Virus record (IMG/VR): IMGVR_UViG_3300037337_000106
Span: 3,929-67,928 of that record
Direction: 5' to 3' (one strand)
Length of the DNA: 64,000 nucleotides
Source of the DNA: a virus
Taxonomy: Duplodnaviria; Caudoviricetes
The notes under the pieces were generated by a model that did no database searches, was not told where the DNA came from, and saw only the letters and a program-made list of their open reading frames with translations. Below, piece after piece: positions 43,416 to 50,359 of this stretch (its first letter is position 1; the number at the start of each line of letters is the position of its first letter). Both the position numbers and the translations under genes were made by a program.

Positions 43416-43488
43416 TGCGGATTACAGGTTACGATCCTGTCTCTCATGGGCTTCAACCATGCGCTTTCACCAGATTAGCTTAATCCGC
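43416..43488 (-). tRNA. tRNA-Phe(GAA)
   Basis: CATGG-TTGAAGC-CCATG. Confidence 0.88.
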
Positions 43489-43564
43489 AATTGCATAATA
43501 TCATAGTTTCAATTAGAATATGTAGACATTATGATTTAATCAACCTTAACATGTTAAGGTTTAG

Positions 43565-43645
43565 TGGGACCAGGTGGATTCGAACCACTCCCTTTCGGAC
43601 GGGGTTTACAATCCCGCTGCCGTATCCAAACGACTTTCTGTTCCC
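43565..43645 (-). tRNA. tRNA-Tyr(GTA)
   Basis: Loop TTGTAAA; long variable arm. Confidence 0.85.
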
Positions 43646-43669
43646 AGTTTTTAAGAAAACTTAAATTTG

Positions 43670-43739
43670 ATTACTAACGGGATTCGAACCCTATTCTCCG
43701 GCGTCGAAGCCGGTATGTTGGCCATAACACCTTTAGTAA
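43670..43739 (-). ncRNA. tRNA-like element (Arg-TCG-like, 8-nt anticodon loop)
   Basis: TTACTAA/TTAGTAA acceptor; CCGG-CTTCGACG-CCGG; GGG-TTCGAAT-CCC. Confidence 0.5.
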
Positions 43740-43837
43740 AAACTATTAGTAGCTATTTCCTGCAAGATTTAACTTCCATAGTATGTGCATAAACGAAGTA
43801 AGGATTGCAGTCATTTGTTTGTTTATTTACATTTTTG

Positions 43838-43908
43838 TACCCTGTGGTGGTTACGCTCCACCGCCAATTGCATGTAAAACAATTACGCTTCTATTACGCC
43901 AACAGGGC
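43838..43908 (-). tRNA. tRNA-Val(TAC)
   Basis: ATTGT-TTTACAT-GCAAT; T loop AGCGTAA. Confidence 0.82.
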
Positions 43909-43967
43909 AAATCTAATTCTATGATCGTATTATGTAACTCTATGAATTAGTAACAGTCTTATCATTG

Positions 43968-44038
43968 TACCCCCGGTAGGTAATGCTCCTACTTCCCCTA
44001 GTTAAAAGCTAGGTGCTTCACTTTAAAGCATCAAGGGC
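43968..44038 (-). tRNA. tRNA-Lys(TTT)
   Basis: CCTAG-CTTTTAA-CTAGG; T loop AGCATTA. Confidence 0.82.
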
Positions 44039-44127
44039 GTATAATCATAAGTACTCTAAGTTCTTCTCTCTCCTTCAAATATAACTTAGAATGTTTTGGG
44101 AGATACTTATAATTAAGATTTTATTCG

Positions 44128-44211
44128 AAGAAGGTGTGGGATTCGAACCCACAACAGTACAACCTGTTACTTGTTTTCAAAACAAGCTCCTCATCCAACC
44201 GGATACCTTCC
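44128..44211 (-). tRNA. tRNA-Ser(TGA)
   Basis: CTTGT-TTTGAAA-ACAAG; long variable arm. Confidence 0.85.
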
Positions 44212-44212
44212 A

Positions 44213-44320
44213 TTTAGTATTATCAATATGTCAATTAACGTTTGTTTTTAATTATAAGTAAATATAATCAAAATCTTTTAATATAAAAAACTTTAAGTGT
44301 TAATTTTTTGTTAAAGTTTT
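44213..44320 (-). repeat. ~105-bp promoter plus boxA-like leader, three near-identical copies (also 46269-46372 and 47295-47400)
   Basis: tttagtattatcaatatgtcaattaacgtttgtttttaattataagtaaatataatcaaaat... repeated. Confidence 0.9.
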
Positions 44321-44322
44321 AG

Positions 44323-44394
44323 TGGTCCCGGCAGGATTTGAACCTGCGACCATTTCGTTATGAGCGAACTGCGCTACCACTGCGCCACGAGACC
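44323..44394 (-). tRNA. tRNA with CAT anticodon (Ile2 or elongator Met)
   Basis: GGTCTCG/CGGGACC-A; loop CTCATAA. Confidence 0.88.
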
Positions 44395-44458
44395 ATTTCT
44401 TTTTTAGAGTTTTTCTGAGGAGAACTCAATGAAAAGAGAATCATATAAACTACATCGT

Positions 44459-44532
44459 TGCGACGCTGTAGAGTCGAACTACATTTAATGTAGCTTATGA
44501 GACTACCTCCGATACCGACCGGTCCGCCCGCC
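44459..44532 (-). tRNA. tRNA with CAT anticodon, atypical acceptor and D arm
   Basis: GTAGT-CTCATAA-GCTAC; TGTAG-TTCGACT-CTACA. Confidence 0.6.
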
Positions 44533-44539
44533 ATTTATG

Positions 44540-45187
44540 TTAAAATTTCATCTTTCTGCCTTTAATCCAACCTTCTATTAAATATGATTCTAATAATGAC
44601 ATTTTAATACTAATATTTTGTTTTAATTCAATGTTATAAATCCAGCATTTACCGAACTGTGAGTTTAAAGATCCGGATTGTTTAATTGAATTAGATGCTC
44701 CAATCTTTTTCTTTGTCTCTTCATTATGTTTTCTACCTAACCATGTTTCTCCGGACCATGCTCCGCTATCGAAAACTGCATTTCTCCAACGTTGTTTAAA
44801 TTCTTTATCATTAGTGAATTTTTCTTTAAATGCATTTCCACCAGCAATTGATCGATTCCTTTGAATTTCTTCAGATATAAAGCCTCCACCTAATTGAATA
44901 TTCATGCACATTTTGTCATTCAGCATATCTTCATTAACCAACTCCTTTTCTCTAGTCTTTAAAGAATTTCTATCTATTAAGAACTCAACAATCTTTGTGA
45001 CATGGTTTTCTTTGCCATGTTTATTTATAGAATGCCATAGACGTGTACCTGAACCAGCATAACCATCTTCTAGGTTGTCAGTTGAATGCATTCCAATATA
45101 AAACATATTTGTAATGATACATGTTGTTTTATAAATGTAATGATATTTACGAACCGAAGCTCTTTTAATTCCTTTTGTCTTTTGCAT
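44540..45187 (-). mobile_element. free-standing GIY-YIG (Seg-like) homing endonuclease in the tRNA array
   Basis: YIYKTT...FYIGMH...GYAGSG; NUMOD3-like GRKHNEETKKKI. Confidence 0.85.
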
Positions 45188-45220
45188 ATAGTATATATCC
45201 TATAAAATATGCAGAAAAGT

Positions 45221-45289
45221 TATGGTCGGCGGATTCGAACCACTCCTTTGGGTTATGAGCCCATCATGCTACCATTACACTACCCCGCA
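45221..45289 (-). pseudogene. initiator-type tRNA-Met(CAT) with a non-complementary 3' acceptor strand
   Basis: TGCGGGG...TGGG-CTCATAA-CCCA...CCGCC then GACCATA instead of CCCCGC. Confidence 0.6.
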
Positions 45290-45296
45290 ATATTTG

Positions 45297-45370
45297 CTGA
45301 TTTGAAGGGATTTGAACCCTACTCCTGGTTTCCAATAACGGACCCGTGCACCATTACACTACAATCAATC
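45297..45370 (-). ncRNA. tRNA-like element without a readable anticodon
   Basis: TAGTGTAATGGTGCAC D arm and AGGG-TTCAAAT-CCCT T arm; aberrant central arm. Confidence 0.45.
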
Positions 45371-45452
45371 GAGAACTTCGAAATTCTCAGGTTTAAGTTA
45401 ATTACTCTTAAACTTACTCTTAAACTAATTTTCAATAATAGAAAATATTTAG

Positions 45453-45523
45453 CGGTCCATAACGGTAACGATCCGTTTTCTTCTGGGCGACAACCAGGTA
45501 TACTGCCTTTGTACTAATGGACC
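45453..45523 (-). tRNA. tRNA-Asp(GTC)
   Basis: CTGG-TTGTCGC-CCAG; G73. Confidence 0.82.
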
Positions 45524-45614
45524 AAATATAAACAGTAGTTGGCTAGAGGGTTTTGCGGACCTTAACAACATATATATCCACAATTGCTGTTTATGACCAA
45601 TTGCTTAACTAGTG

Positions 45615-45687
45615 TGGAGCTGACGGGCCTCGAACCCGCATACTTTTCGTTGCAAACGAAGTGCTAATCCATTTTAGCTACAACCCC
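45615..45687 (-). tRNA. tRNA-Ala(TGC)
   Basis: GGGGTTG/CAGCTCC-A with G3.U70; loop TTTGCAA. Confidence 0.9.
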
Positions 45688-45707
45688 TTATTTAATCTTA
45701 TTTTTAG

Positions 45708-45778
45708 TAGCCCGACGGAGTAACGCTCTCCGGTTTTTGAATTGAAAGTACAATGTCCTGCTTTTAGACGACCGGGCC
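45708..45778 (-). tRNA. tRNA-Glu(TTC)
   Basis: Loop CTTTCAA; T loop AGCGTTA. Confidence 0.78.
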
Positions 45779-45872
45779 AATTAATTTAAATTATGTAATA
45801 TGGTTTTTTGAATCCATATCTTAATCTACTATTACGCTTTAATCTCTTAAGCTAATTACTAATTTAAATTAG

Positions 45873-45946
45873 AGCTCTCTTTCAGGATCGAACTGAATCT
45901 ATTCCGGGTTACAAAGCCAGTGCACCACCATTTATGCGTAGAGAGC
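45873..45946 (-). tRNA. tRNA-Thr(TGT)
   Basis: GCTCTCT/AGAGAGC; loop TTTGTAA. Confidence 0.75.
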
Positions 45947-45978
45947 AAATTATTAGTCTTTCCTAATAGTCATTATAG

Positions 45979-46061
45979 TACTCTTACTCGGAGTCGAACC
46001 GAGATGCCATTACAGCGTTGGTTTCTAAGACCAGTGCGTCTACCAGTTCCGCCATAAGAGC
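45979..46061 (-). tRNA. tRNA-Leu(TAG)
   Basis: Loop CTTAGAA; long variable arm. Confidence 0.88.
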
Positions 46062-46192
46062 AAATATCCTAGCACCACCTAGGAAAACTGTCCGGTTTAT
46101 CCAATTCAAAAGAACCCCAAACGAATATATGGGTTAAGGATCAATGCATGTAGCCGGCAATCATTGCAGTATTGTAATCTTTAAAGATTTAG

Positions 46193-46268
46193 TCGAGAGA
46201 GTGGGATTCGAACCCACGTGATCTGCAGTCCAAGTGCAGCTAGATAAACCTGACTCCTATACCTCTCG
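46193..46268 (-). tRNA. tRNA-Pro(TGG)
   Basis: CTGCA-CTTGGAC-TGCAG; C1-G72. Confidence 0.85.
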
Positions 46269-46372
46269 TTTAGTATTATCAATATGTCAATTAACGTTTG
46301 TTTTTAATTATAAGTAAATATAATCAAAATATTTTAATCTAGAAAACTTTAAGTGTTAAAGTTTTGTTAAAG

Positions 46373-46444
46373 TTATCTTATTAGGATTCGAACCTAAACT
46401 GAATCATTCAAAGTGATTAGTGCTAACCGTTACACTATAAGATA
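46373..46444 (-). tRNA. tRNA-Gln(TTG)
   Basis: AATCA-CTTTGAA-TGATT. Confidence 0.85.
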
Positions 46445-46490
46445 TTGTAATTCTTTCTCTAATAAAAGAAGTCAATTGCTATTTAATGTT

Positions 46491-47174
46491 TTACCATTTC
46501 ATCTTCCTACCTTCAATCCAACCATTATCTAAATATGATTGAATTTCATTATTTTTTATTTTAATAGATTTTTCATCTGTAATTTTATAAATCCAACATG
46601 TATTATATTGTGAGTTTAAAGATCCTTTTCCATGATCGATCTTAGACACTTTCATTTTATTTATAGAATCTTCTTTATGTTTTCTATCAGTCCAATTTAT
46701 TAAAACTAACATTTTGTTTCTATATTCTGGATCTTTCCATAATTCTTTTAACCTTATTTTATTTCTTTCTGCATTCCGTTTTATAAATTCAGGATCAGTC
46801 CAATTTAGTTCATTCATTTTTTTACCTCCTTTAGATAATTGTTCTTTAGTCATGCAACCCGCACCACCTTCTCCGCCTAACGCTAAATTCATGCATTGAG
46901 GATCCTTTAATAGATCTTCATTAACCATTTCTTTTTCTCTAGCTTTTAAAGAATCTCTATCTTTTAAATATTCAATTATCGCAGTGACATGATTTTCTTT
47001 GCCATGTTTGTTTATTGAATGCCATAATCTTTTACCTGAACCAACATAACCATCTTCTAGGTTATCAGTTGAGTGCATTCCAATATAAAACCTTTCAGTA
47101 ATGATACATGTGGTTTTATAGATGTAATGATATTTTCGCCTTGAGGCTTGTTTAACCTTAATTAACTTTTCCAT
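46491..47174 (-). mobile_element. free-standing GIY-YIG (Seg-like) homing endonuclease, paralog of 44540-45187
   Basis: KYHYIYKTTCIIT..FYIGMHSTDNLEDGY.GSG near-identical to the other copy; central region divergent. Confidence 0.85.
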
Positions 47175-47220
47175 ATAGTATATATCTATAAAAATATGGA
47201 AATGTTAAAAAGGTTCCCGG

Positions 47221-47293
47221 AGCGAATAGACAGGATCGAACTGTCATTTCCAGATTGGAAGTCTAGAGTAATAAGCCATTATACGATATTCGC
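47221..47293 (-). tRNA. tRNA-Gly(TCC)
   Basis: GCGAATA/TATTCGC-T; loop CTTCCAA. Confidence 0.9.
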
Positions 47294-47568
47294 GTTTAGT
47301 ATTATCAATATGTCAATTAACGTTTGTTTTTAATTATAAGTAAATATAATCAAAATCTTTTAATCTTGAAAACTTTAAGTGTTAATTTTTTGTTAAAGTT
47401 TCCATTTTGCATTTCCAACCGTTTGTTTTCCTTTCTACGGTCTTAAACAATTCTCTTAATAATCTTTCCTTTTCACACATATTCTATTGTTTTTAATTAT
47501 AAGTAAATATAATCATTTTATTTGACTTATAAAAACTTTTAGTGTTAATGTTTTGTTAAAGTTATTAG

Positions 47569-47638
47569 AGTTTCGTAGTGGAATCGAACCACTTCTGATA
47601 GGGTTGCAAGCTATCCAATCTCCAAGATTAAACGAAAC
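47569..47638 (-). tRNA. tRNA-Cys(GCA), short D arm
   Basis: GTTTCGT/ACGAAAC-T (U73); loop TTGCAAC. Confidence 0.75.
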
Positions 47639-47648
47639 GTGTTAAATT

Positions 47649-47685
47649 AAAAAAGGACCAATCAGTTTTGAGAGGTCCTTTTGAA
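47649..47685 (-). terminator. intrinsic terminator (attenuator) just before the first tRNA gene
   Basis: AAAAGGACC-TCTCAAAACTGATT-GGTCC-TTTTTT. Confidence 0.8.
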
Positions 47686-47706
47686 TATTTATATGTTAAT
47701 AGATTT

Positions 47707-47853
47707 TTAACTCATATTAACTTTATGATCTTCAAAAGAACCATTGTGTTTCCATTCTCTAGTATAAAAGACACATGTTTGATCTCCAGTTGGTAGGGCT
47801 AGATTCATCTCAAGTAGACTAATATTCTGTGATATGATTTGCAATGTTTTCAT
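47707..47853 (-). CDS. 48-aa putative attenuation leader peptide containing all 20 amino acids (not in ORF track)
   Basis: MKTLQIISQNISLLEMNLALPTGDQTCVFYTREWKHNGSFEDHKVNMS*; codons 38-41 are complementary to the terminator 5' arm. Confidence 0.7.
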   Translation of the reverse strand: MKTLQIISQNISLLEMNLALPTGDQTCVFYTREWKHNGSFEDHKVNMS

Positions 47854-48007
47854 TTTAATTTGTTTAATTATATATAAGCTTTATTTTCTTATACATATTA
47901 TATTATTATATATCTTTTAGTTTCAGCTAATTCACTATAAAAGAGCTTTATTTTTAATTTATTTTCAAAAGGTGTATTTCTTCACGAATTTAAATTATTT
48001 TATACTA

Positions 48008-48036
48008 ATTATATATAACTTTTTATTTTTGTTTCA
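48008..48036 (-). promoter_or_regulatory. class II promoter TGAAAC-N17-TATAAT, representative
   Basis: Same spacing at 14846-14874, 19675-19703, 20712-20740 and 61963-61991. Confidence 0.7.
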
Positions 48037-48163
48037 ATTAAATAATAAATGTAAATCCAATAAGTACTAATAATGAAAGTATAGCAATTAATATGAATAT
48101 ATTGACTTGTCTCTTTATAAATTTCTTTTCTTCGGTATTCATTAATAAATTATTTGTTATAAC

Positions 48164-48517
48164 TTATACCTTTGATTTTTGTTTTGTTTCAATTTCTTTT
48201 ATGTGTTTGCAATTTCCTCTTCTAAATGTGGAAGCAGGACAATTACAACTCCAATCGCCTTGTTTAAATTTTACTAAATATTCCGATTTTCCATTTGATG
48301 AAGGTACTTTAAATTCAAGATCTATCTGAGACCTAGACTTCACTTCTAATGCAACTTGTTTCTCTTTATATATTATATCATCAGTATACTCAACATCCTC
48401 CCTTGTTGTTCCAGGATCAACCTTGATCCATCCTGGACAGATGTATGTCCCGCTTAATGTGTTAAATATTCCAAATGTTTTGAAAACAGGATCTCTTGGT
48501 ATTTTATATTTTGCCAT
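48164..48517 (-). CDS. SWIM zinc-finger protein
   Basis: WSCNCPAS...CKH. Confidence 0.75.
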   Translation of the reverse strand: MAKYKIPRDPVFKTFGIFNTLSGTYICPGWIKVDPGTTREDVEYTDDIIYKEKQVALEVKSRSQIDLEFKVPSSNGKSEYLVKFKQGDWSCNCPASTFRRGNCKHIKEIETKQKSKV

Positions 48518-48962
48518 AATATGTTTAGTATGTTAGATTAACTAATTATTCTTCGAACCCCCTAGAATGTACAATAGTAACACCATATAATTCCTCATAC
48601 TTTTTCTTAAAACCAAATGGCATGTATTTTACATAATCTCCTTCAAATAACCATTTAATGGTTTTTTCACAAACGTCATGTAGGGATTTATCACTACTTC
48701 TATTTGTTTCACCAAGATATGATGCATTTTGTTGAGAATCCCAATCAGTTTGATATGATATTGTAATTCTTCTACCCTTTGACATGTGAAAATTATATAA
48801 TTTTCCGTCGATATTTATAAATCCTGGAATCATTTCAAATAATATGTTTGTGTCTTTATTGAAATTAGTCATAATTGATTGTTTTAATTTGTATATGTAA
48901 ATATAAACAAAAAACTCTGTATTAAAAAATACAGAGTGTTAAATCTTAGTTAAAGTTCTTGC

Positions 48963-49505
48963 TTAAATATCAATGGTATTTTTACTACCATCTGTCATTG
49001 AATAAACAATATGTGATGGAATTAAGACATGTTCATGTGTATTAAACATTTCCACGTATTTTTTCCCCATACCTGATTTTAAATATGCAACAGTCATATG
49101 GGGATGATAATCAGGATAGTCTGTTTTATACGGAAGTTCGCATAAAGATTTATTGGCGGCATGCAAATTATCTCCCTTAATATCAAATTTAAGCACATCA
49201 AACTCTTTGTTTTCAAATAATGAAATGTTATGTGCGAGACATTTATCAAAGCCCAACCCTTGTAATTTTACCTTAACTGCATTTAATGATACATCGGCAT
49301 TAAGTCCATATAGTAGTGTACAATGTGATTCAGTTTCTAAACCATGCCCTCCTCCTTCTTCTGATTCAAATAGATCAGATGATATTATTTCTTTATGAAT
49401 TTGCGCCATTTCTGGAAAGTCAAAATATAACATTGCACAATTAGCACCATACGTTTGTTTTTTAGCCTCGTTCATAAATTCCTCAAATAATTTTATTTTT
49501 TTCAT
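48963..49505 (-). CDS. 2H phosphoesterase (T4 gp57B/Acb1-like) with MKKIKLFEEFMNE leader
   Basis: HCTLLYG and YHPHMTVAY (two HxT motifs). Confidence 0.75.
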   Translation of the reverse strand: MKKIKLFEEFMNEAKKQTYGANCAMLYFDFPEMAQIHKEIISSDLFESEEGGGHGLETESHCTLLYGLNADVSLNAVKVKLQGLGFDKCLAHNISLFENKEFDVLKFDIKGDNLHAANKSLCELPYKTDYPDYHPHMTVAYLKSGMGKKYVEMFNTHEHVLIPSHIVYSMTDGSKNTIDI

Positions 49506-49879
49506 TCTTCTTCTTTTTTAATTTCCTTTCCCTTTTCAATAGCCCAATCAACTCCTTCATCTCCTCCCCATAACAGCCAACTAACATATCCTTTATCGAG
49601 CCAGGGCGTACTTTTAAATTCAGGTGATATTGCTGAATTTTTTCTATGCCTATTAAATGATGCCATTCGAGATACAACATCAGCAGATATCTTTTCTTTA
49701 TTTGCTAATTGATTTGCTCGTTGCCATCCAACTGCAGTACCAGCCTTTATTTCATCTCTACCATATTCATCGCGCCAATCAATTGCCATTTTTGCATTTT
49801 GAGATGCGGCAGCTGGATAATCATTATATGTTTCCTCTGATTCGTTTAAAAACTCTTCAAATAATTTTATCCTTTTCAT
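49502..49879 (-). CDS. conserved phage domain protein with MKRIKLFEEFLNE leader
   Basis: GTAVGWQRANQLA...RMASF.RH...WLLWGG; true start probably ATG 49879. Confidence 0.65.
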   Translation of the reverse strand: MKRIKLFEEFLNESEETYNDYPAAASQNAKMAIDWRDEYGRDEIKAGTAVGWQRANQLANKEKISADVVSRMASFNRHRKNSAISPEFKSTPWLDKGYVSWLLWGGDEGVDWAIEKGKEIKKEEE

Positions 49880-49886
49880 TAAATTA

Positions 49887-50342
49887 TTACTCTTTTTCAG
49901 GCTTCCATGGAAGTTTTTTGTCATGACCTCCATCTCTAACTTCTTTAGCTAAATCTTTATCTGCATTTCCCCATGTTCCTTTTCCTTTTTCTAAGAATGC
50001 ATTTACTCTTGCATATCCCCATCCTTCTTGCGTCATTCCTTCGTAATGACTTGAATTCCATGCTCCCATTCCTCTTCGCATTACAGCTCTAATAATTCCA
50101 ATAGGAACACCAGAAGCCTTTGCTTTATTGTCTAATCCAGTATTAACTGCAGCATTTGCTAGTTTTTCGCGAGATGTTGCCTTATCCTCCTTTTCACTGA
50201 TAAATACAGGATAATTGTTATGTCCACAATTATGGCACATGAATGGATCATTTCCTCCTTCTTCAAGTCTCCATTTCCAATCACATGAATCACATACTAC
50301 CTGATTCGCTGAAAATTGTTCGAAAGTTTTAATTATTTTCAT
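49887..50342 (-). CDS. Zn-ribbon plus DUF5824-like protein with MKIIKTFEQF leader
   Basis: CDSC...CHNC; KAKASGVP...RRGMGAW..SH...WGYARVNAF. Confidence 0.6.
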   Translation of the reverse strand: MKIIKTFEQFSANQVVCDSCDWKWRLEEGGNDPFMCHNCGHNNYPVFISEKEDKATSREKLANAAVNTGLDNKAKASGVPIGIIRAVMRRGMGAWNSSHYEGMTQEGWGYARVNAFLEKGKGTWGNADKDLAKEVRDGGHDKKLPWKPEKE

Positions 50343-50359
50343 TCTTATTTTATTTTATT

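Noticed and set aside
42916-45517. Plus-strand ORFs at 42916-43101 and 45209-45517
   Set aside because: Antisense to tRNA and ncRNA genes.
41700-47640. Stop-codon reassignment or suppressor tRNAs
   Set aside because: No CTA, TTA or TCA anticodon found; genes read intact in code 11 and end in TAA, TAG or TGA.
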